Assembly (NCBI GenBank): GCA_040380025.1
Contig: JBEIJY010000031.1
Location: 1-28,514 of the forward strand
DNA: 28,514 nucleotides
DNA from: Bdellovibrionales bacterium
GTDB taxonomy: Bacteria > Bdellovibrionota > UBA1018 > CAIMNF01
Reading direction: 5' to 3'
Position numbers and translations under genes: made by a program. Below, one piece after another: positions 9,415 through 17,350 of the stretch (within the stretch, counting starts at the first letter, position 1; each line of letters opens with the position of its first letter). The notes under the pieces were generated by a model. The model had not been told where the DNA came from. It saw only the letters and a list, made by a program, of their open reading frames with translations, and did not search any database.

Positions 9415-10587
9415 ATGAAGGTCTGGTTCGTTATTCTTCCGTTCATCGGTTTGAATGCATTCGCACAGAGCGATGTATCGATCGAAACCAGGGTCACTTA
9501 CGATCTTGCAAAACAAGAGCACAAAATCTGCGGAACGCTGGAGACCACGAACCAGCATCTGCGAAGCGATCAGTTCGGCGAGCTCACGGCGCGCGCCACA
9601 CTCACCACGAAGACCACCGTGTGGGTGGCCACCTATTCCGAAGAGGAGGTTCCGGCAAACGGGAAATCCCCGGCATGGGATGCATTTTACGGGGCATCGT
9701 CCCGCTCGGAGCGGATTTCGGCCCTGAAACGCGCCATCAAGGGGATTGGCGAGGCGACGGCTCCCCTGGTGGAACCGTACTTTTACGGCGAGGGGATCAA
9801 AAAGCCGAAATCGTGGAAGGAGTTCTCGGATCGCATCCGCCTCGCTGGTGCCGGAATCGAGTACAAAACCTGCAGTCAGAGCCAGGATGGTTGCATCCGG
9901 GCTTCGAGCTGGATCAGCAGGGTTTTGAACCAGTACGCCGAGGACAACCGCGAGAATCTGGGCTATTCCCGCAGCGTGGTCTCGGTGGCTCTGACCCCCC
10001 AAACCCGCGAGACCTCATCGCCGGTTCCGGGTCTGAACAAGAAATTCAGCTATGTGGTGCGGTTCGAGGGACTTGCACTTTTGCCAGACGAGTGTGAGGT
10101 CATCACAGTCAGCTACGACGGAATCAGCCTGAATGCGAAGGCCGCCACTGCGTACAATCACCTTGCCGTTTCGAAGGCCTCGGCCGAGAACTGGCGGGGC
10201 CGCGATGCGGTGATTCTTGTGAATTCGCAGGGACGCCGGCAAATCGGGCCGCCGAAGCTTGCGAATATCGCAAATCAGGGCTCAGGCTTCGTCGTGACCA
10301 AAAGTCCTCTGTGGGAGCGGTATTCGACGAATCGGGTGTTCGCATCCCAGTGCATCGCCACCGCGACCGGGACTGTAAGCGCCACCGAAAAGCGCGCATG
10401 GTATGATCATTCCCATGCCGAGAGCAAACAAGTCGGAACATGCTCGGTGACCTTGTCGTCGGATTGCTCTCCGCAATATTTTGATGTGAACCCGGTGGGA
10501 TTCAATCCTCAGACCGAGAAGCTCTCGTACTCCGGAGTGATCCGCTTCAATGCGACTTGTCCGTTCTTCAACACGAGCGAGTTTTAA
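9415..10587 (+). CDS. Hypothetical secreted, Cys-containing protein
   Basis: GGGGAG RBS, then MKVWFVILPFIGLNAFA signal peptide. No family recognised. Confidence 0.75.
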   Translation: MKVWFVILPFIGLNAFAQSDVSIETRVTYDLAKQEHKICGTLETTNQHLRSDQFGELTARATLTTKTTVWVATYSEEEVPANGKSPAWDAFYGASSRSERISALKRAIKGIGEATAPLVEPYFYGEGIKKPKSWKEFSDRIRLAGAGIEYKTCSQSQDGCIRASSWISRVLNQYAEDNRENLGYSRSVVSVALTPQTRETSSPVPGLNKKFSYVVRFEGLALLPDECEVITVSYDGISLNAKAATAYNHLAVSKASAENWRGRDAVILVNSQGRRQIGPPKLANIANQGSGFVVTKSPLWERYSTNRVFASQCIATATGTVSATEKRAWYDHSHAESKQVGTCSVTLSSDCSPQYFDVNPVGFNPQTEKLSYSGVIRFNATCPFFNTSEF

Positions 10588-10590
10588 AAA

Positions 10591-11733
10591 ATGAACCAAG
10601 GGTTTTTCAGGATCCCCGCGATGATTCTGGCGATCGCGGGGGTCCTCCCCTGTTCGAGCCCGTTTGTTCCGTCTGCGAAAGCGCAGGGATTCACCGAGAA
10701 TCTGTTGGGGTGCTCGGAGCCCGGGGTTCCGGGAATCAAGCGGTGCCTGAAGTATTTGATGTTTTATCATTGTGCTGAGATCGCAAGAAAACACTTTTAC
10801 AATCCGGTTCATGTGGGGCGCGGTGCGCTCTGCGATGGAGCCGTGTTGGACATAGTGGCCGAGCTCGACCCCGAGCAACTCAACCTGGGCGAAACGGATG
10901 AGTCCCGTCGAGGCCTGCGCGAGGTGGCATTCGCGTCGAGCATTGAACCTGCATTTTTGGACCCGAAGCTCGAGTCGGTGTTGGGCGCGCTTACGGAGGA
11001 GTTTTCGGAATCGTGCCGCTTTGATCTTTCGCGCTCGTTCTGGAGCACGCTTCTTTCGGCATACAGCCATGAAAAAGCCCTTTCGATGGCGGCAATCGCG
11101 TTCCAGTCGGTCTCGTTTTTTCAGAACGGCGGGGAAGACGCTCGGGATGGGGGCCTGATGCACCTCGAGAAGGTCTTGCAAGTCGCCCACGCAAAAGAAC
11201 TCGCAAGCCGGGCGGTTCCCGGCCAGCAAAACACGCTTAAGCAGGAATCCTCACAGCTCACCAAGAACGCCGGCCTTTACCACGCGCTTGCCAAGGAGTG
11301 GATCAACCGCAAGATCAAGGGGGGGCAGTGTTCGGCTTACTCGTTTTATCCGGATATTCCCCATGCAGGGGACCTGAACCCGACACTCCATCACTTTTAT
11401 GTTCCGGCCTATCTTGCGGCGAAACTGCGCGGCCGCGGGCAGAACCACAAGTGGTCGCTGTTTGCACCGTTCTTGATGAACACGCTTTGGGAATTCCGGA
11501 AGATCGACCGGAAGCTCGGACAGAATCGCTGGCCGTATCGCGCTCCCTCCCCGCCACGATCCGCCGAGGAAGCCGCGCGGGTCGAGATGAATTATCGCAA
11601 GATCTACACTGGGTACCTTGGTGCGATTTGGGGCATGGGGCTTCAGGCGCATGCGCTTTCGTACGCGGAATTCCGCGCCCGCTTCGGCACGGCGGATTTT
11701 TCGTTCATCTGGGACGGGAAGTATTTGCGGTGA
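10591..11733 (+). CDS. Hypothetical protein, probably exported
   Basis: Starts 3 nt after the previous stop; hydrophobic N-terminus ending AKA-Q. No family recognised. Confidence 0.7.
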   Translation: MNQGFFRIPAMILAIAGVLPCSSPFVPSAKAQGFTENLLGCSEPGVPGIKRCLKYLMFYHCAEIARKHFYNPVHVGRGALCDGAVLDIVAELDPEQLNLGETDESRRGLREVAFASSIEPAFLDPKLESVLGALTEEFSESCRFDLSRSFWSTLLSAYSHEKALSMAAIAFQSVSFFQNGGEDARDGGLMHLEKVLQVAHAKELASRAVPGQQNTLKQESSQLTKNAGLYHALAKEWINRKIKGGQCSAYSFYPDIPHAGDLNPTLHHFYVPAYLAAKLRGRGQNHKWSLFAPFLMNTLWEFRKIDRKLGQNRWPYRAPSPPRSAEEAARVEMNYRKIYTGYLGAIWGMGLQAHALSYAEFRARFGTADFSFIWDGKYLR

Positions 11734-11748
11734 TTCCGGGAGACATTC

Positions 11749-12945
11749 CTAGATGCCCAGCTCCACGTTAAAACGGGCAATCCACGCATCCTCGCTCAGG
11801 GACTGCCGGGTGAGATCACCCTGAAACTTGACCCGATGAGAATCAAGATAGTAATTCAATCCTGCCGTCGTCTGCGCCATGAGCATGTTTTTCGGATCGA
11901 TCCGGGACCGCCCGAGTGGGCTCACGCGAGCGAACCGTCCCACGACCTCAAGCCGGTCGCTTAAGAGATACCCGGACTGGGCCATCCACCCTGAGCCTTC
12001 GAACAAAGCCCGAGTCGCACCCAGTGCCCCGTTTGGGGAGCTCCGGTGCCCGAACTCGGCCTGGAACGACCATCCGCGGAATTTTGCGATCGCATCAAGA
12101 AGGGTCACCGTTTGATCGCTTCGTATGGGATCACCGGTGGCCGGATCGCCCGTGGTGGTATAAATCGCGCCGATGGTTCCGCCGGCGCGATTCGAGCGTA
12201 GAAACCGCGCAAGCGTGGCCCCTAGCCCGAGACGAAATGACGGATGCCTTCGAAGGTCGCCCTCGACATAATCTTCTCGTCCGAGAAACGCACCAAAAGG
12301 CAGAACTTCGACTCGTCCCACATAAGCGAGGCCGGAGTCAGAAGCAGAGCCTGCGTTGCGCCCCTCACCCGTAGAAACGGATGCACGGACATTCCACAGA
12401 TCACGACGATAAAGAGCCTGGATTCCGAAATCGCGATCGATATTGAACACCCGATTCATCAAAGAACGATCGGCGAACTGCAGATCGCCCGAGGAGATCA
12501 CCCTCTGCCGGTTGCCCGGAAGCTTTCCCTGTCCGAAGGACACCGAGAGGGTTTGATCGGAATCCTGAAGAATCGCATAGGCGAAATTCGCATCCCTCAG
12601 AACCCCAGGGAATTTGCTCTCATTCCAGTCGAGATCTTCACGACTGAACGACAACTGCAGCTGATACGTGAGGCGCGGGTTTCCTGCATGCCCGGTCAGA
12701 CGCAAGCGTGCCCGCCGGACCCAGGCACGAACCTCGCCCACATCGAGGTCGCTTCCCGACACACTCGAAACCTCCAGAAGGTTCTGCACGCGGAAGCGGA
12801 GCGCGGCTTTGTAGCGCGATTCGGGATGGGCGAAGACGATTCCCTCTTCGAATGAAAGTGGCTCGAAGGGCCCCGCGACATCGGCATGTGCGGCGATGGA
12901 AAAAAACGAAATCAAGAACGGAATGACATTCCGACCAACCTTCAC
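11749..12945 (-). CDS. Phosphate-selective porin (OprO/OprP family)
   Basis: GGGGGAG RBS plus GTG, signal peptide (AHA-D), VRRARLRLTG, GQGKLPGNRQRVISSGDLQFADRS, DRDFG, GLNYY, C-terminal beta-strand. Confidence 0.85.
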   Translation of the reverse strand: MKVGRNVIPFLISFFSIAAHADVAGPFEPLSFEEGIVFAHPESRYKAALRFRVQNLLEVSSVSGSDLDVGEVRAWVRRARLRLTGHAGNPRLTYQLQLSFSREDLDWNESKFPGVLRDANFAYAILQDSDQTLSVSFGQGKLPGNRQRVISSGDLQFADRSLMNRVFNIDRDFGIQALYRRDLWNVRASVSTGEGRNAGSASDSGLAYVGRVEVLPFGAFLGREDYVEGDLRRHPSFRLGLGATLARFLRSNRAGGTIGAIYTTTGDPATGDPIRSDQTVTLLDAIAKFRGWSFQAEFGHRSSPNGALGATRALFEGSGWMAQSGYLLSDRLEVVGRFARVSPLGRSRIDPKNMLMAQTTAGLNYYLDSHRVKFQGDLTRQSLSEDAWIARFNVELGI

Positions 12946-12985
12946 GGCAGTGACTCCCCCTATTTTTAAAATCCCCGAAACAATG

Positions 12986-13543
12986 CTAGTGCAGAAGATC
13001 GCGCTTCGGGCCGGGCTCTTCAGGAGCACCGGCGAGAAACGCTTCGTCGCCGACAAAGGTTCCCCGAACAAAGGCTGCGAAGTCAAGAGTCTCGCGGAAC
13101 AACACGGGAAGCGAGAACAGATCGAGTTCCTCGCAAACCCGGGCACTGTACAGGACCTGCACCGATCCGTCCGCACGAAGGCCCGTGCGGCATCGTTGAT
13201 TCCGTGCAAGATTCAAAAACAGGAGTGACTCAAGAACGCTTTGATTCCGGAGGCGCGGAACAAGAGTCCCGAGATGGACCCGGATCACAAAGAAAGGCTC
13301 GCTTAGGATCTCGGGCGTACATACGATCGAGGCCGACACCACGACTCCGCCCTCGGTCGAAAACTTGTACTCGACTCCGGTTTTTTTCGTGGTCCGGCAA
13401 TGGGCAGGATCAAGTCCCTGCTCCCGGAGGTGCGCCTCGATCGCCTGGATCACAGGCAAAATGGCATTCGCGATCGCGGGAACCAGATTTGCAAAAGGAT
13501 TTGGAGTGGACGCGGCTTTCCGGACGGAGTGATTCGACTTCAT
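12986..13543 (-). CDS. Hypothetical protein, possible YbjN/CesT (type III chaperone-like) fold
   Basis: GAGG RBS. Strand-helix 'LESLLFLNLA', then 'GLRADGSVQVLYS' and a terminal amphipathic helix, which resemble that fold. Confidence 0.55.
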   Translation of the reverse strand: MKSNHSVRKAASTPNPFANLVPAIANAILPVIQAIEAHLREQGLDPAHCRTTKKTGVEYKFSTEGGVVVSASIVCTPEILSEPFFVIRVHLGTLVPRLRNQSVLESLLFLNLARNQRCRTGLRADGSVQVLYSARVCEELDLFSLPVLFRETLDFAAFVRGTFVGDEAFLAGAPEEPGPKRDLLH

Positions 13544-13705
13544 TTTTTGCCTCCTTTGGCCGTATCAATCGGAGCACCGCGGGGGGGGGGGTCGAAATCC
13601 TCTCGGTTGCTGGAAGCGGAACGCTTCGCTCTGGATACAGGGTCGGGATATCAAAGCGGTGGGAGGGGGGCAAGGGGAAATTGCTAGAGATCCCCGGATC
13701 GAAGC

Positions 13706-14350
13706 TCAATAAACCTTAATCGTTACTCTTCTATTTTTGGCGCGGTTCTCAGGAATGGCATGCCCGGAATCATCACGATTCGGCGCCACGGGTTTCATTT
13801 CAGCAAATCCCTCGATGACAGTCCGAGAAAGCACCTCGGACGGAAGCCCGAGTACTCGTAACACCGAGTGGGCCCGCTTCGAGCTAAGCTCCCAGTTGTC
13901 CGAAACAATACCATTCTGCATCGGAGCGTCATCTGTGTGTCCCTGAATTGCAACACGATAGGGAACAGGAATGCCCGACAGCACCCGAGAAAGGTGACCT
14001 ATGATTCGAATCCCATCTTGATTCACCTCGAATTTGCCGCTCTCGAAAAGGAACTTTTCGCGGATGTCGATGTTGAGCTCTCCATTCTTGGCCTCGACGA
14101 GGATTTCCCGTTCCAACGCCATCTCGGAAAGTTCTTTCAGAATCCGATCCTTCAGCTCCCGGATTTCATTCACCTTCGGAGCCTCACCCCTGAGAGTGGC
14201 GGCCGCCTGGCGGTAATCCTCGGCGCTCAACTTCCCTGCCGAAAAGCTGAATAGAACGACGAAAAAAACGAAAAGAAGGATCATCAAATCGCTCAGGCTG
14301 ACCAGCCAGATGAACTCCCCTTCGCTGTGGTTCGCGCGCTTCTTTCTCAC
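13706..14350 (-). CDS. motB: MotB-like stator subunit (TM Asp plus OmpA-like peptidoglycan-binding domain)
   Basis: WLVSLSDLMILLFVFFVVL (conserved Asp), LFESG, GHTD, NWELSSKRA, NRRV. GTGA overlap with motA. Confidence 0.9.
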   Translation of the reverse strand: MRKKRANHSEGEFIWLVSLSDLMILLFVFFVVLFSFSAGKLSAEDYRQAAATLRGEAPKVNEIRELKDRILKELSEMALEREILVEAKNGELNIDIREKFLFESGKFEVNQDGIRIIGHLSRVLSGIPVPYRVAIQGHTDDAPMQNGIVSDNWELSSKRAHSVLRVLGLPSEVLSRTVIEGFAEMKPVAPNRDDSGHAIPENRAKNRRVTIKVY

Positions 14351-15105
14351 AGATGCCCGGTCTTTCCGGAGGACTCCGCGAAGTAGGCCATGGGCTTCCG
14401 TTCCTCAAGCAACTCCAGCCAATGCACGATCTGCTCGAAAGACGCGTTCTCAAGAATATTCATAGTCTGGATCTTCTGCTGAAGAGGAGTCCAAACAACC
14501 AGCGAAAAGAAAAGTCCGAAGAAGGTGGTCAGCAAGGCGACACTCATGCTTGCACCGATCTTGCTCGGGTCATCCAGACTCCCGAGCAGTTGAACCATTC
14601 CAAGAATGGTTCCGAGCATTCCCACCGAAGGAGCCATCCGTCCGCCGAGATTGAAGATCTCCTGAACTTGCTCGAGGCGCCACGAGCTGGTCTCGAATTC
14701 TTTTTTATGGAGCTGGAGAATGTCGGTCACGGGCATCCGGGAAGCAAGACGCTTCAAGGTGCGATGGAGTTCGGGCGAGACCGGTGTTTTCAGGACCTCT
14801 TCGATCGCTTGGGAACCCTCGGTATAGACTCTTGTTCCGAGTCGCGTGATGGCTTCGAAGTCCTCGAGATTACCCGCCCTTTTTGCCGCAACCGAACCCC
14901 GCAACGCAGTGATGAACGACCTGCGGATCGCGCGAAAATCATAAGAAAGAAATATGATCCCGAGCGGACCTACTCCTGTGAGCAACATGGCCGGCCAATG
15001 CAGAAGCTTCATTCCCAGAGTGGCGCTACCGGAGTGCTCGAACCGATACAGGAGAGCCATGCTTCCGATTGTAAGAAACGCTCCGACGACTTTTGATAGA
15101 ATCAC
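14347..15105 (-). CDS. motA: MotA-like stator subunit
   Basis: APSVGMLGTILGMVQLLGSLDDPSKIGASMSVALLTTFFG...TPL, four hydrophobic segments and a cytoplasmic loop. GTGA overlap with the upstream gene. Confidence 0.9.
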   Translation of the reverse strand: MILSKVVGAFLTIGSMALLYRFEHSGSATLGMKLLHWPAMLLTGVGPLGIIFLSYDFRAIRRSFITALRGSVAAKRAGNLEDFEAITRLGTRVYTEGSQAIEEVLKTPVSPELHRTLKRLASRMPVTDILQLHKKEFETSSWRLEQVQEIFNLGGRMAPSVGMLGTILGMVQLLGSLDDPSKIGASMSVALLTTFFGLFFSLVVWTPLQQKIQTMNILENASFEQIVHWLELLEERKPMAYFAESSGKTGHL

Positions 15106-16724
15106 GAAGCCACCTCACGGAATCTACCGAGAAGCTCTCTTGCGGAACTCTTGCGGTCCTCCTCGGGCAGATCGCCGAGAACCTGGATCTGACTCTCCAC
15201 CAGCGAACGGCGCTCCTCGGGCAGATTGGATAGAAGAACATTCAATGTATCGCCCGTGGTCGAAACCAGAGCTTTTGCGAGCCTCTCGTTATCAAACTGT
15301 TCCAAGACCTTCCGGATCCGTTCCTTCGGCAAACGAGCGACATCCTCGATTCCGAAGCTGAATTTTTTGAGCTTCTGATACAGCGCCGGCATGGAAGCCT
15401 CAAGATCCTTCAGCAAGACCTCCTGGGCGTCGGAGTTCATCAGAATCTCGGTCCAGAACCGGGCATCCGCCTGATTCAGGCTTCCGAGATCCTTCGGGAT
15501 GGTCCGGATCGAATCTCTCACTGAAGCCTCGATCTTCAGAATCTGCGAAACTTCCATATGTTTCGCCTCGATGGAGCGGGCCATGAGTTTCAAACGTTCC
15601 TCGGGAAGAATGGATTCCAGAACCCGTGCAACCGTGGATGCCTTCACAAATCGCAGAACCACAGCAGCGTCGAGCGGATCAAGGGTCCGGACAAGAGTGA
15701 TCATCTGATCATCACTCATGGATTTCAGAAACCCGAAAAACCGGTCGCTCTGCCAGGCCTCGAGCGCCACGAATTCATTGAAGCTCCGGATGAAGGATTG
15801 GATTTTCCTTCCCCGTTCCGAATCCGCCATGGACACCGGCGTCTCGGGGAATTCAAAATCAAGGCCGGTAACCAAGTTCCGGAATCCGGGTCCATCGAGG
15901 ATTCCGCACAGTTCCGATTTCTCCTCCTTGGAGAGATGGGCGAAGTAGCTCTTGAAATTTCCGGTATGGGTCAAGAACAGGGTCATCAAAGCGGCGCGGC
16001 GCTCGTGAAACGCGCTCGCATCGGCTTCGGTGGAAGCGGCATCGGCGCCGGGCACCGGCACTCCGGCAGAATGGATTCCAATCTCGCTTCTTTTCTGCTT
16101 GCTGCGAAAACTCCGCATGAGCAGGAAGCCCACACCAATGGCCAGAGCGGTGAGCAAGGCTGCGATGATTACGTTCAAGCTCCATGCCTCATCCGACTCC
16201 TGCTTTGACTCCCGCCTCATTGTCACCGGGGTCATCGTGAACTCGGCTTTCGGCCCGTAAACCGAGAGTCTGCGTACAATAAGCTCCTTGACCTGGTTCT
16301 TCAATGAATCGGGCAGGGTCTCATCGACCACCAAATTCACCCAGATCTTTCCGAGAACCTCTTTGTCCACATTCTTGAAGAACTGCCGAGTCGTCTCTCC
16401 CGGGGTGGTTGGCTCCTGTGTGGCCGCTTTCGGGAAATGATCGACCTGGAACCCGGGCATCTCCGGAAGGTCTTCCTCTTTCGACTCCGTCTTCGGGGGT
16501 TGGAGGCTAAGGAGCTCCCCCTCGGTGATTTTTTTCTCGGTCACGGTATCGACACGCGCGACCACCTGAAGAGAATACTCAGACCGATTGAGGATGCGAT
16601 TGACCACATCCACCAAATCCGCCTTGACCCGGTCTTCCAACGCAGAAAGATTCTCGGCCGGAACCGAAGTGGCAAGACCGATCATGCCCATAAGGAGGAC
16701 GAAATAAAACCTATGTATCTTCAT
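15102..16724 (-). CDS. FliF-C(RBM3)-like / transmembrane / FliG M+C-like fusion protein
   Basis: Signal peptide; LEDRVK...LQVVARVD...MPG...GKIWVNLVVD...QVKELI (FliF RBM3 pattern); TM helix; FFGFLKSMSDDQM...AVVL (FliG-M); FGIEDVARLPKERIRKVLEQFDNERLAKAL...LSNLPEER...LG (FliG-C). ATGA overlap at 16721-16724. Confidence 0.75.
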   Translation of the reverse strand: MKIHRFYFVLLMGMIGLATSVPAENLSALEDRVKADLVDVVNRILNRSEYSLQVVARVDTVTEKKITEGELLSLQPPKTESKEEDLPEMPGFQVDHFPKAATQEPTTPGETTRQFFKNVDKEVLGKIWVNLVVDETLPDSLKNQVKELIVRRLSVYGPKAEFTMTPVTMRRESKQESDEAWSLNVIIAALLTALAIGVGFLLMRSFRSKQKRSEIGIHSAGVPVPGADAASTEADASAFHERRAALMTLFLTHTGNFKSYFAHLSKEEKSELCGILDGPGFRNLVTGLDFEFPETPVSMADSERGRKIQSFIRSFNEFVALEAWQSDRFFGFLKSMSDDQMITLVRTLDPLDAAVVLRFVKASTVARVLESILPEERLKLMARSIEAKHMEVSQILKIEASVRDSIRTIPKDLGSLNQADARFWTEILMNSDAQEVLLKDLEASMPALYQKLKKFSFGIEDVARLPKERIRKVLEQFDNERLAKALVSTTGDTLNVLLSNLPEERRSLVESQIQVLGDLPEEDRKSSARELLGRFREVAS

Positions 16725-17347
16725 ACCGAACCACCTTCCATCAAAGCAGGCGCCTCGCGACGGGAGGGATCCAGAGAACGGGCCTTTTCCCATGCTTCCG
16801 CCGCCTCTTTTTCCCTGCCTTTCAGCTTGAGCAGACTGCCTTTCATCATCCAGGCCCGAACGGACTCGGGTTTCAGCTCAAGAGCATCATCCACCACCGC
16901 TTCCGACTCCGAAAACTTCCTTTGGTTGTACAATCGATTCGCCCGTGTCAGCGATCGCTCTACCTGACGGTCTACGGAACCGGCAGCCGTTTCATCGAAC
17001 TTCTCTTCGGACAGCGCGGGGGCCGGTACCGGCTCGGCGGATGCGGCGGATGGTGCCGCTGCACTTGATGCGGAGGGGGCGGCCGCAACCGGCGCTTCGG
17101 GCGGATTCACCGGGGTCGTATTCAATACCAGCTGAATCGGTGCCGGCTTCAGATCATCCAAAGGAATGGTGAACCGATACGACTTCAGCTTGGCGAATTC
17201 CTCACTCCCGACAAGCGTCTTGGTCCCGTAGGGAGTGTTCAGGATGAGAACGTTTTTTCCGCCGGTGGCTCGAAAAACCGGAGCTTCAGCCGCAAGAGCC
17301 CCGTTCACGATCACAAAAGAAACAGCAAGGATTCGAATGGAGTTCAT
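16721..17347 (-). CDS. Secreted tetratricopeptide-repeat protein
   Basis: Signal peptide, Ala/Pro-rich linker, TPR pair (ANRLYNQRKFSESEAVVDDALELKPESVRAWMMKGSLL...AWEKARSLDP). Confidence 0.85.
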   Translation of the reverse strand: MNSIRILAVSFVIVNGALAAEAPVFRATGGKNVLILNTPYGTKTLVGSEEFAKLKSYRFTIPLDDLKPAPIQLVLNTTPVNPPEAPVAAAPSASSAAAPSAASAEPVPAPALSEEKFDETAAGSVDRQVERSLTRANRLYNQRKFSESEAVVDDALELKPESVRAWMMKGSLLKLKGREKEAAEAWEKARSLDPSRREAPALMEGGSV

Positions 17348-17350
17348 GGA

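Noticed and set aside
11749..13209. Extended N-termini in the ORF track (porin 13209, fusion 16793, tonB 18402, 9322, 18394, DUF1643 5295)
   Set aside because: They overlap neighbours or promoters. For the intact genes, downstream starts give proper signal peptides, RBS or stop-start overlaps, and DUF1643 appears truncated.
13706..15105. Zorya ZorAB or ExbBD/TolQR assignment
   Set aside because: The A subunit has no long ZorA tail and no zorC/D/E is present. The B subunit has a MotB TM motif and an OmpA-like domain, unlike ExbD/TolR. A FliG-like gene is translationally coupled.
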